The position numbers and the translations under genes are program-made. From Craspedostauros australis (taxonomy: Eukaryota), in the NCBI GenBank assembly GCA_030167865.1, contig JALAGF010005307.1, positions 1 to 34,789 on the forward strand: 34,789 nt of DNA, in the 5' to 3' direction. Below the pieces are notes generated by a model. It had not been told where the DNA came from and made no database searches. It saw nothing but the letters and a program-made list of their open reading frames with translations. Below, one piece after another: positions 21,629 to 33,455 of the stretch (position 1 is the stretch's first letter; the number at the start of each line of letters is the position of its first letter).

Positions 21629-22732
21629 CTAGTCGTTTCTGTTGGCGATTTCCAATTCCAGTATGCCTTGATCCTTCATGAGCAGGTAGACGATCGTGCC
21701 GTACCCGCTCAAGCAATCGCGTTCCAGCGCCGACTGAAATGCCATCCCGCAAACGCGCGCCAATTCCATGGGTTCCAAACCTGGCCGCCACAATGCCTCG
21801 GCGGTTCCGTACAATGAATCGGACGCCGTTCCGCACACGACGAATGCGTCCGATTTGGATTGGGCGCCGATGAGATCCATGCCGCAGAGGAATGGGACCA
21901 CTGCTCCGGCTTTTCGTTCTGATGCGCTCGGCATGAGACCCGCCACAACCGGTTCCACGTAGTACGGTGAATTCCGGCGATTATACAGGACGTGGCTCGT
22001 CAAGGATGCCATCGCTCTCGCCGAAACACTCCGATGTATCGATGCGGCACGTTGCGATCGCGAACCCATTCCTGCCGTCGCGGCTTGCTGGCCCGCAATT
22101 GGACTTTGTGAGAGTTGGGGATTCAGTCCATTGCCTCCATCCAGAATCAAATCATCGTATCCTCTCCGTTGCATTCCATCACTGCTTCTGGATTCATCAA
22201 TGTCTACCAGCTTGTCCTGTTCATCCTCGCGACGTGTCGCGAAACCCAAGGAACGACCCAATTTGGATTGTATCTGCAGATCCAATTCTTGATACAGGGT
22301 TTGGACGTCGCCTTCCAAACCTGTAAATCCAACCAGCAGATGAGAATGCGGCGTCAGCACCTTGCGCGGAGCCAGCGTCACCATCTGGGCTCGTCGAAAA
22401 CCGAAGAGAATGGATGATAACAGAACAAATGAAGAAATGACCACCGATGAGAATGATGGCACATGATTGAGTGCAGATGCAAAGATGTTGACGAATACTC
22501 GCGATTCATCATGAAGGAGAGAGAATGGCAATCAAGGCTGTTGACGAGCAAGTTCACAGCAGCAACATAGCCTATGTACCTGCGGACCGCTGCCGAACCG
22601 CCTATCCACGGCCACCGCCACGCATTCCCTGCCGGCCATCGCAAGAATGGAGCCACCGTTCATTGTCGTTGGATCCTGCTGCTCTTGTGCAGCGATCTGG
22701 CAGATGGACGATGCCAGCAAGCACACCACCAT
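21629..22732 (-). CDS. PSMB3: 20S proteasome subunit beta type-3 with signal-peptide-like leader and internal insertion, 2 exons
   Basis: Exons 22732-22580 and 22384-21629, phase-0 intron GTACAT...CCCAG. Motifs NGGSILAMAGRECVAVAVDRRFG, VGFTGLEGDVQT, PYYVEPVVAGL, MDLIGA, FVVCGTASDSLYGTAEALWRPGL, ERDCLSGYG, terminal RND. Start uncertain: in-frame ATGs at 22825, 22813, 22732 and just before NGG. Confidence 0.9.
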
Positions 22733-23263
22733 TGCCCATGATCGAACGAAGCCTGTCTGCGGAGGATTGGGGTGTATCGCGATGCGATGGAAGGGTTGTC
22801 TCTCTCTGCGCATGTTCGATCTCATCGTCACTGCTTTCGTGTGGGAATGTGATCAACTCGCGCGGACGTATAGTAGAGGTGGGACATGCACAAGTCTTCC
22901 TTCGGAATTGTGGATGTGGAACAGAGATGTGTTGGGATCTTTTCCTCCTCGTATTGTGTTTTCGACATCAGCTCTTTGGTAAAAACGGAGACGGACATCT
23001 CCTTCAATTCGAGAAAATTCCACAACACCTATCTTAGACTGCTCATGCGATGTCTAGAGACAGAGAGAGAGAGGGAAAGAGCGGATATGGACTACTCACA
23101 GAAAACAAGTTCATGTTCCATCCAATCACCGTCGTGTCGATCAATGTTCCGAGACGTTACGCTTGTGTATGCAATATGTACCTATCAATACATTATGCCA
23201 GAGTATGACAATCATGTTACCTTGGGTGATCTACACGTCCAGCTGGTACGTCATTGCAACACT

Positions 23264-26200
23264 TCATTTCTCTGGTGTGGTCTCAGCGTGAGTGGGGAAC
23301 TTGACGCTGCGTTGCGACTGCTGCAGCCGTCTGGACGAACCTCTGGATCGTGATCCACGCCTTCTGCTGGAACTATTCGTCGCCGCCGTCGTCGGATCTG
23401 TAGCGGCGACAGGAAAGCCGGCACTCTCGTTGCCATTCTCCCCCAGGTTTCTGCCATTCGAGGGTGGTGTTTGCCGCCGTGGTTGAAAGATAAAGCCAGA
23501 AGGCAAAGCGTCGCGTTTTGCTGCTGGCGATGACGATGGTGATGTTGGGAAGATGGGACCGATATCCTTGATAACAGTCTCGCCTCCAGCGCTCGACGGC
23601 TTCAGGCCGGGCGAACGGGTCGGCTGTGGCACGGGAGCAGTCGGCAGAGACGACGGTGACACGGAGGGAACGAATATGGTCGGGGTTTGACTTGGAAGTC
23701 GAGACGGCGAGATGGTTGGGATTATGGTGGATGGGCTAGAGCTCGGGATCTGTGACGGCGATCGGGTCGGCATCGAGGTGGTGGGAGGCTGGGTCGGCAC
23801 CATCGATGGTGAGACGGAAGGTGCGGCAGTCGTAGGAGCCTGCGATGGTGCGGCGCTTGTCGCGGCGATCGTCGGGACGGATGACGTGGTTGGCGCTGCA
23901 CTTGGCACAGCACTCGGACTTTCCATAGTCATCATATTCAGGGTTGGCTTGTCCGATGGTGTGCTGGATGGAGACGACGAAGGCACAGCGCTTGCGGCCT
24001 GCGCAGAGGGAGTGCTGGACGCTGCGTCAGTCGCTGCGGTGGGGACAATCGATGGACTCGCTGATGTCGCAACTGACACTTCCGTTGGAACCTGCGATGG
24101 TGAGGAGCTTGGTGGAACGGATGGGCTTGCCGACACTTCTGCACCACCTGTCGTGGGAACCTGAGAAGGAGAAAGCGAAGGTGACTCCGTTATCACCGAA
24201 GCCGCGGTGGGCACCTGACTAGGAACATCCGAAGGTTCGACGGCAGTTGGGGTTTGGCTTGGACTCTCTGATGCTGCATCTGCAGTCGGGGTTTGGCTTG
24301 GAATCTCTGACGCTACAACTGCAGATGGAACTTGGCTTGGGGCAGCCGACGGTACTGCGCTTGGTTGTTCGGTTGTCGGCGAGGCCGACGGCGACGCGCT
24401 TGGGTTTGGGGTTTCACCAGCAAGAAGACCAACAACATCAAACATGTATGTGTACGGGCCTTCGCTTTGGCCCGGCATTCGTCGGAAGTTGTTGACCGTC
24501 ACTCCGCTCACCCCGAGCCCGGTTGCACTGCTGTAAAGGTCGGTGTTGGGGAATATATCGGCGGATGCCAAGTCCTCTGCGGTGCCAGGTCCCAGAGATT
24601 GAGTATCCGAGATCCATAGGTCCTCGTCTCCGCCGCCGCTTGTGTACTGCTCGAGCTGGTACCCCATTCTGCCGCCTGGGGTACCAATCGAGTCTGCTTG
24701 CAACACCGCGACTCCATAATGGTTGAAGGAGCTGGGCCAATCTGCGAGTGCGTTGTATAGAAAGAGTAAGGCGCGTATGGTTTGGTCGTGGAGATGGAAA
24801 GAGCGAGTTCGTGGTCAGGTGGTGTCAGGAACAGTGGGGAGATCATTGTGAGAAAATAGTTGTGTTGCAAATTGCAGGAATGTGGCCGGCAATGGGAGTA
24901 CATGGGTAAGAATCGTCCATACTCGGAGAGTGCGAATACATTGGCACGACCGCACAATTCCGAACGCGGAGAACGCCGTTCTTATACTTCAACCATAATT
25001 CATGCTTGACGAGATGCTTCGTCTTCACACTCCGGCGGGTGAATGGCATCTTTGCGTGCCAGCATGGTTCAAGATATCATTTTGCAACGCTTGCAATGCG
25101 ACGGTGGAGCACCCGTATGATTCAGCGTACCTCCTTGCGCGGGAAATCCGCGGTCTCTGTTGCCTCTGAATCCCCCTCTCCTCGGCTCCGTTCTGCAAGG
25201 TTGGATAGATGGGTACCGTTCGGTGTGCGCAACCCCAGATGGTAGCATTCCACCGTATTGCAGACAATGTTGTGGATGGGTTGAAACAACATTTGTTGTG
25301 AGGAATGGTCATGGATGGGTTTGGACAGGATGCAACACAGCGCATTTTCAGGTTGTATTGGACTATGTACATCGATCTGCCAAAGGCGAGTATCAGCACC
25401 AGCATCAGCATGCATTGTGCCGCTCATTCATTTCAATGTATGGCGAATATTCCCCACAGACACTCCGTCACATACATAGGCACACACTTACATTGCTTTG
25501 TCGATCTTGTAGATGACGATTCCTGGATGGCGCCAAAACAATTCAAAAGAGTGAAGTTGAAGATGTCACGAAACAAATAGAGCAGAGCAAGTTTGATGTG
25601 AGCGGGCATTCGTATGGGACGAGTGCATTTGCAAGGAGTTGTGACGAGTTCACGTAATTCCTACGTGAGTCCATGATTGTACACTCAAGTGTTGGTGGAA
25701 ACGTGGAGTGATCATCAACATCGTATGAGTGGAGCAGTGATACCTTGTCATGTTCTCCAAGTTCATTCATCCTCTCAGATCAAGCATTTCGGTACGTACC
25801 TCCTTCACCGAAAAAGAACTCATCGAAGTCATCTGGGATTGGTTGCCGATTCTCAATCAGCAGATACTCCGAGTCTGACAGATCGACGCGGAAGATATCC
25901 GGCTGCAGCTCCACGGGCCTCGCGGTATAGGTTCCGTCGGTCGTTATCATAGTAGGCTCCACAAAACCCAGCCGTTCCTTCGACCATGCGCTGAGATGGC
26001 CAGGCCTGGACTTATTGTTCCTCTGTCCTGCAGTGTTGGCCATGAGACCAAATCGATCAATACCTCCAATGTTGCCGGACGTTTGCAAGTCCGGCGAGAC
26101 GTCGTTATCGTACAAATCGAGGAGACCGAAGTTGTGGAACATCTCGTGCGTTGGAACTCCCAGGCGAGCAATATTGGCGTCGCATCTGAGACGGAACGCC

Positions 26201-27111
26201 GAGGCGAAGGCGTACTGTCCAACCCGCAGGCCGCTCAAAGAACGCCACGTCAGAGTGGTCTCCGTCGCTGCGGTGGAGTGAGATTGGATGCGGTCGTCTG
26301 GAACGGTGCCGAATCGGCAGTCCGTGCCACCTTCTTCCGAGGCATACCCGGAATGCAGCACGACTATGAGGTCGATGATGCCGTCACCATCGCCATCGAC
26401 GGTGTTGAAATCAAATCCGTTGCTTTCAATATTCTCAAGTATTGGCACCATCGACTGCTGGAGGTTGGGGTTGAGACCGCGGTTGGGGCCTGCGTAGAAC
26501 GCTTCCGTATTATCCGTCGTCTGCCAATCAATGACCTCCGCCTCGAATGTCAGCTTGCCGTACGAGCTGGTCTCAAAGTAGCGGCGCACAGATCCCGTTG
26601 GGATCACTCTGGATCCGATATCGTCCGGTTCGGCGTTGAACATGCGGTCGTAGTCCTGGCGCTGAACAGTTTCCACGGATGCATGATCGGACCATCGCAT
26701 GAGCAGCACCAGCACCTTGAACGACCCCACCGGCGTGAGGAGTTGCAAATTGCGTTGCTCGTCGTCGTTTGTCGCAGCTTCTCCATCTACCTGCGTCCTC
26801 CTCTGACGTCTCCGTTGCTCGTTGATGTCTCGGATGATCTTCTGCTTCTTCTGGACTTCGACCCCGTAGGCTTCGTCGATTTGTTGGCATGCCTGTTCAT
26901 CAATTGTGGCGCAGAATTCTTGATCGATCCACTGCGCTCGGTAGCCGTATGGGGCATTCATGTTGACCTGCGTGCCCGTAGCGGGGTGATGATGCTGGCT
27001 GACTGTGTCAGTGGTATCGGATGGGATAGGCTGTGTCGCATGAACGCTGCGCATCGCAGCTCCTGCAATAAGAGCGGCAAGGCTACGCGTTACGATTGCA
27101 CGGGAATGCAT
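23264..27111 (-). CDS. Secreted M6 (immune inhibitor A-like) zinc metalloprotease with long Pro/Ser/Thr-rich mucin-like C-terminus, 4 exons, 960 aa
   Basis: Exons 27111-25800, 25522-25492, 25192-25131 and 24741-23264; all introns GT-AG and phase-compatible. Signal peptide MHSRAIV...SVHA; GSVRRYFETSSYG, DGDGDGIID, HSGY, HEMFHNFGLLDLYD (zinc site, ~26107-26148), SAWSKERLG, EYLLIENRQ. Spliced junction reads GGIVIYKID...GFPAQGDWPSSFNHYGVAVLQAD. Confidence 0.88.
23600..24410 (-). repeat. Coding degenerate repeats PS(Q/A/L)(V/T/S)P(T/S), mucin-like stalk of the M6 protease
   Basis: Many PSxxP[ST] units in the translation, e.g. PSQVPT, PSQTPT, PSAAPT. Boundaries approximate. Confidence 0.8.
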
Positions 27112-28128
27112 GTTGGAAGTCCGTTCTGTTGGTTCTGTGAGTGTTGATGTTGGTGTGATTCTTCGATGACCCTCTTTGATGTCGATGTTACCGTTGCGAT
27201 TGTGTCGCAATGCTGATACCTTTTCGTTGAATGTGTCGAAATGCGATGAGAGACAACGGCTTGTGATACTGTGGGGAGCTCTGTGAGACTTCCCGTAGTT
27301 GTGTCAGAGTGCGAGCACTGTCGTCATGGAAGTACCGACCACACGAGTATGCATGTACATAGTATGATGTCTTTGCCTGACCACAACTTGGCTAACCACA
27401 ACTTGAACCCTCTCTTTCTCTCTCGCATCTGTACCGTTCACACCGTGCATGTGGTAGGCGGACGACATGCATGTTCTCGTACGATTCCCCAGTACACACA
27501 TGCTGGCCTTGATCGTTCGAGGTGATGTACCATACCACGCCTATTCGTGGGATTGATGATGGCGGATTCATCGTCGGCGTGGACGGGAAGATTGGGAGTG
27601 CAGACTTGTGCTGCCGTCAACAAGTCTTGTGCAACCGCCAAAACTCGCTCTCGTTGGTCTTGTTGCCGTTGAACCTTCACGCGTTTTTGTTTCGTTTCGT
27701 CGACGGAACAAAAGATACCTTTTGTCGGCCAAAAAACGACTGCTTTGATCGTGAGGGAAAGTCTAGTGTACTTAAACTAGATAAACACACATTCCGAACT
27801 TTCGCGACAGTGTTGGCTTGCACGTTTGATTGTGGATATGTAATCAAAGGAGTCATAAGTTGCACGTTTGGAACGCATGCCTCCGCAAAACTGGAATGGT
27901 GTGGAATGGTGATGGCAATCACCCTTCTGCGAGAAACGCACATGACATGAGCACAAGCACAAGCAGATCGTACTCTGCGAACAATACCATACGGGTGCAC
28001 CCGCTCCGAACATACTCGCACCATACAGAGATCATACACATACAATCATACCATATAATAGTACCTGCTGATCAAAGAGCGCAGCAACGATAACAGCAGG
28101 CACCACACGAACGCATCACAGCAACATC

Positions 28129-29925
28129 ATGCGTGAACAAGACAAGATCACGCTGACATCGAAGCTCGCTGGGCTTCTGGGGTTTGAAGATGGTGCATCC
28201 GACGTCTTGGAGCATCTCATCACGATCGACAGCAAAGAGGTTCGTGACGAGGATGATCGCCGACAGCACCTCAGAAATTTGTGTCTGTGTGATCCTGTGC
28301 GCACAGATGTGTGCGTGTGGAGGAGTGCCGCACATTGTTGCACATTGTTGCTGCACGCCGCTGCATGTTCATGGCCCCTCATTTCTTCGCACACATATTC
28401 TCACTCGCTTCGGCCCTCTCGGCTTGGTCGTATCCTCATCCATTCTCCCTCAATTTCGCTTCTACCATACATACTCGTGCACGGAATGAATTCGGTCGTT
28501 CGATGATCGCAGGATCTGTCAGAGTACTTGTCGCAGCTGCTTGGCGACCAATCCAAGGAAATAGCTACGTTTTCGGACAATGTCCATCGCTTCCAGAAAG
28601 GACTTCCGTTGACATACCCAGCAGTGAAGATGACTGCTGCAGGTTCAGCAGCGACAGCAACCACCGCCAAACCTGCTTCAGCAACAAGAGCATCAACGTC
28701 GGCAACAACGGCAAAGGCTGCGACGAAGAAGCCGCAATCCAAGCAGGCGGCACGATTACAGGCGCGAAAGAATAAAAATGGCAACCAACCAAAGCAGCAG
28801 AAGCAGCAAAAGTCCAGAGTCCCACCACCGAAGAAACAGGCCAAGCCGCCGCCACCACAGGCAGCACCAGCACCAACATCGACATCAGCAGCACTCACGA
28901 CGACAGAAGAGACCAAGTCCGACCCTTCACCACCCGCAGCGGCGGTCGCAAAGCCCGCAGAGCCAATCCAAAAGTTTCATCCCACACGCGGCAAGCCCGA
29001 TATCATTTGCGGATGCTTCGGCACGCAGCACAAGGCTTTGACGAATTGCTTGTACTGTGGACGCATATCATGTGAGAAGGAGGGGCGTACCTACTGTGCA
29101 TACTGCGGTTTCCAACTGGACGATGGAATATCGGGCAAGAAGTACGTGCTCTGCTGCCAAATGAAGGCACTTGGTGCATCGTACGCGTGCATCGAGCGAG
29201 AGGAAACGCAGCGGTTGCCATCGCGTTTGCATTTGTATCAGGATGCATGGACGAGACGACTCAAGGTGGAAAGACTGGCATTACACAGCAAAGAACAACA
29301 CCTCGCAATACAGCACAGGCATACACTTTCATGCCCACTGTCTCACTTGCATTGCCCTTTCACGACGTTCCGTTTCGGTCCGTTTCATTCTATTTCTTCT
29401 TCTTCAACTTCCTTTTTGCATTCATTCCACTCTATCACTCTATGGCGTTTTATCGCATTTACAGCGACAATATTTCAGACGAAGCCTACCTCCAAAAGAA
29501 CCGACTATTGCGCTTCGATCGGGTAAGTTGGATCATGTGTTTCTCACGCGTTCGTTCTTGTTCTTCCTCGTGTTATGGCGGACTGTTCTTGCAGCATGGG
29601 TGAAAGATGATGCGCGCATACGTCGCGTTGGGACGAGAGTGTCTGCCATGCCATACTGCTTGTAGCACTAATACTTTCCTACTGTGCCATCATGGTCGTA
29701 TGTAACCGTGCCTCTTCTATCCATAATCCTATTCTCCCACTGCAATCGCATCTGCCGCAATCATAGGAATTTGCCCAACGGACGCAGGTGTTCGACGATC
29801 AAGCGGATTTCCAAGGAAGCACGAAATGGATGTCGGAAGAAGAGCGTCAGGAAGCCGAAGAGAAGGAGGAGGCACAAACCACGATCCTGCGACGAAAGAA
29901 GCAAACGCTAAACATTGCACTGTGA
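28129..29925 (+). CDS. TRIP4: TRIP4/ASC-1 (Rqt4-like) C2HC5 zinc-finger protein, 4 exons, 318 aa
   Basis: Exons 28129-28239, 28513-29141, 29465-29522 and 29767-29925 (GT-AG, phases 0/2/0). Zinc finger CGCFGTQH...NCLYCGRISC...CAYCG, then AYLQKNRLLRFDR|EFAQRTQVFDDQADF...WMSEEER, matching the conserved post-finger block. Confidence 0.88.
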
Positions 29926-30383
29926 TCGGGATGCGCCGAGTGCGGTATGCCATACTATTCTACCAATGCAGAGAATTTTGGTAAATTTGGAAATGGGTAC
30001 TCTCTACTTACTTTGCATACGATCGAACATGTGTTCATGTCGAGAAGTGTAGTCGCAGAGTCCCCCCTTTTGAAACGACATGATACATTCACCTTTGTTC
30101 CTGTCTCATCCATCGCAGTTTGATCACGCTGCCATTTGTCATCACTGTGCGTATGGCTTAGCTTTCGCCTGCACCTGCGCCTCCGCCGTAACTTCACGAA
30201 ATCGATAGCATTTCCGCACCAGTACCTCGACAGTAATACAACGTGCTAGGAGCGTTACAATAGTATTCTACGCAGCCCGAGTTGATACTGCGACTGCGGC
30301 CGTCGTTTCTGGTGCTTCGCCGTTCGATCATCCGAAGAGGTACGCTAGCACCCTTGCTGTTTGTCGATCACTCGATCGCTCGC

Positions 30384-31490
30384 TTAGTGGGCGGCGGCGG
30401 TTTCCTCTGGTGGGATGCTGAGGACCTTGAAGAAGAGTCCAAGATCCTTGATGTAGTAGGTGTTATCATCGTTGTGGATGGTGAACCAAAACATGGCGTG
30501 GGACTCAGGGTCCTGGTATCCGACCACGCGGGATGCTTTTCGCGATGGAATGAGGATTGGGGAGCTGAATGTGCCAGATCCCTCCGGTGGCACCAAACCC
30601 AAATCGTTGTATCCCTCCGTGTTCTTGGCCTCGAGCTCGTCGAGCTCTTCGATGCCCTCCAAACCGAGCTCCTTCATGTCCTTCTTGACATCCTCTGGCA
30701 CGAAGTCAGGGATGTGGTGTGGCTTTGTGGTGCGGTCTCTGTCGGTTGGGATCAGGTTGTCTGGCTCCTCTCCGAGGAACTTGCCGATTCCAAATGGCAG
30801 GGTTGGCTTGGAGAGCCAGTCGGTGGAACCTTTGTCCTCTTCATCCTTCTTGGACGAGGAGAGCAATCGCACCGAAGAACCCTTCAGGCGGCGGCTCGCA
30901 ATTCGTGTGACGCTGCCGTGCCGCAATTCGTCGCATTGCATCACATTGCATGGAGCCGTATCGCGTTACGTCACATTTCGATGAGCAGCGTTCATGCGAG
31001 TGTGCAGAGGAGCATGATGGTTGTTAGTCCAAGTGAAGTTGGGGAGATGTTAGGGCATTGGTGCGGGACAGCGCAATACAGAACATTATAGATGCAATCT
31101 CCCAACACCAGAAGCAACACCAACAGCTTGTTGCTGCGATTGCGGAGGTCTTGTTGGAGCTCTTTCCGGTTGTGCTTGGGTTGTTACTGTTGTTGCGTGA
31201 AAACAGTGTGGGCGACTCGTTTGACCAACGAAAATGTGGACAAACCGAACGCTGTTTTACGCGTTGCGTGAACTGCCGAAGCCAACAATCCGAACAAAGG
31301 AGGGCCGAGCTGACGGCATCAACCTGGCGCTCGTTGGATGCTGTCCGTGGCGTTATCACGAGACATTCGCCGTGAAATGCACGAAGACAGGAAGGACAGA
31401 AGCCTCTCTCCTTTCCCTGACATTCCGAGGGATTGTTGCATGGGACGGTGGCCTTTCGAAGACTTACGATCGTGCAGTAGAGGCCAACAT
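30384..31490 (-). CDS. COX5B: Cytochrome c oxidase subunit 5b-like protein lacking zinc-ligand cysteines, 2 exons, ~183 aa
   Basis: IPTD...GLE..E...YN...P.GSGTFSSPILIPSRKASRVVG...MFWF...GLFFKV follows the COX5B pattern. Proposed exon 1 at 31490-31468 (donor GTAAGT) spliced to 30912 gives the mitochondrial-type presequence MLASTARSVTRIASRRLKGSSVRLLSS. The 555-bp intron and its acceptor are less certain. Confidence 0.72.
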
Positions 31491-32675
31491 GGTGATGACG
31501 ACAGGCGATGCTTGGTTTTGAGGTGGGCGCTGTGGTTGTCCTGTTGTGGATGTTCCTGTGCATCTTTGTTGTTGTCCTGCGGAGAGGCAAAACAGCCACT
31601 GCGCCTTGCCTCCGTGTTGTTGGTTTGTCGCTGTTCGTTGTGTTGTGTGTTGCGTGTTCAATGGTTGTTGGCGTTGCTGTTTCCTCCTCCAGATCGCCTG
31701 TTGTGGAACGATCAGCATTTCGACTCCATCGACCAATCAAAACGGACACTTTTCCGAATTTGACTGGCGCGACCAATTATCTCGATTCGACTGGTACGAA
31801 CCACATCAACGATCCACACAGGGACACTCCTTGAGCGGTGCAGAAATTGGGACATCATCAGCCTGTTCATCATCCAGTCTATTCATCCGGTTGATCGAAG
31901 ATGAGGAAGAGGAAGATAACGACACTGTGCCCCTCTCAATTGGATGAGAGGATGATTGAGTTGATTGACAGAGTAGCTCGTGCTCGTAAGCATCACACCT
32001 GCAAACAACGGCACCTGATTTAAGACATAGGAATGCTGTGGAGTACTCCACTCCACTCTCATCTTCTCTCCCCTCTATGCAGTGTACATCGGCACTAGCA
32101 CTCCTGATCCTCGTTGTCGCAGTCGCACCAACCGCGTCGTCCGGTCATACCCGTGTCCGTCCAAACTATGGCCGGTCTTCGCTGGAGATTTGCAAAACTA
32201 GAATGGGGCTGAGCGGTTTAAAGCTTTGCCACTCGTGAGATGTTGTTGTGGCGTTCGTCTCGGTGATGGCATAATTAGCGAAATATGCGCGAACCCAGCC
32301 AGCAAGAAAGGCACAAAGTTTCTCCTATTCTGTAGCAAACTGTTAGGGATATGGAACAAGCTAACACCTGAAAAGAGGTCTCTATCATAGACTTCTATGC
32401 TGAGAATACACGCATTGGAGCAGAAGGGCTGTTTTGTCTTGTGCATTTTCATCCATCATCTCCAACAGGGTCATGTCGACACAATTAGGTGGATTCTACA
32501 GCGTGATACTTTGCCAAAATGATCAGATTGGAGTTCATGATGCAGGTTTCTGATTTGCGCCCACACGATGATGCCTTGGTCTTTGGTGAAACAAAGTCGA
32601 ACAGAAGTGACAAGTTTGAAGACCCAATCCACCTGCAAACATGCAACATTAGCAGCCACCGTTGAGCCCCACTGG

Positions 32676-33455
32676 TGTTGGCAAGTTCCGCTCATGGAAG
32701 CCTATGATCATGGAAGATGGTGTTGGTTGATAGTTGTTCTGTTTGCTATTTCATTTTGTAGACACTCCAATCCTCTTGGTGTCTGTTCTCTTGCCCAATG
32801 CTCTTGGCAAGTCTCTCTGTTTTGTAGATTGGTCTCCGACTATGAGTTGGTACGCGAGATGCTCTCTTGCTGCTATTCATTTTCTCTCTCAATATTCTGT
32901 ATTCATGTTACACAATGCTCCGTGTTTGATGTGTACTCTGCATTCAACACTCCATTCATTCACTACTGACTTCCTACTCCACAGGTGCTTGCCACTTGAA
33001 CTCTTTCTCAATTATCCATGATCTTGATGCCCTTTGGTCATTGAATCTTCACCTTCTGGTTCTGACATGGAGACAGATGTCAACGTGGTGACACCTTGAC
33101 ATCTTGTTGACATCAGCTGTCAGCTTCCACGGTCCTTCAGATTCCATGTTCCATCAGTGATGCGATGGTCTGGCAAGGATGTCGTCATTTGAGGTTTAGT
33201 TGGGAGACACATCAAGCCTCGCTTGATGTCATGCATTTCCATTGATGGATGGACGGACGATGTTCCTGATGCTCTCAGAAATCGTTGCTTGCAAATTTCC
33301 TCCAGAAATTCTGCTCATTTTCGTGTGTTTGATTTGGTGACGTGATTTTGACAAATCACAGTGCACTATTGACATGAATGTAGCTGTACTGTCCATGCAT
33401 GAGTATATGAGAAGAACGGGTGAACAATGCACATACACACATGTACATCTTGACA
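32676..33455. mobile_element. Solo LTR-like element, copy C (780 bp, strongly CpG-decayed)
   Basis: TGTTGGCAAG...CATCTTGACA, same orientation as and colinear with copies A and B. Flanks ACTGG / GCTGA may be a decayed 5-bp duplication. Confidence 0.78.

Noticed and set aside
32038..32051. Perfect 14-bp palindrome GTGGAGTACTCCAC
   Set aside because: One such palindrome in 35 kb is expected by chance; no associated element boundary was confirmed.
1995..33455. Giant LTR element or cargo-carrying transposon bounded by copies B and C
   Set aside because: Outer flanks do not match (CACACA vs GCTGAA), the copies differ substantially including terminal structure, no gag/pol or convincing primer-binding site is present, and the interior is ordinary intron-containing host genes.
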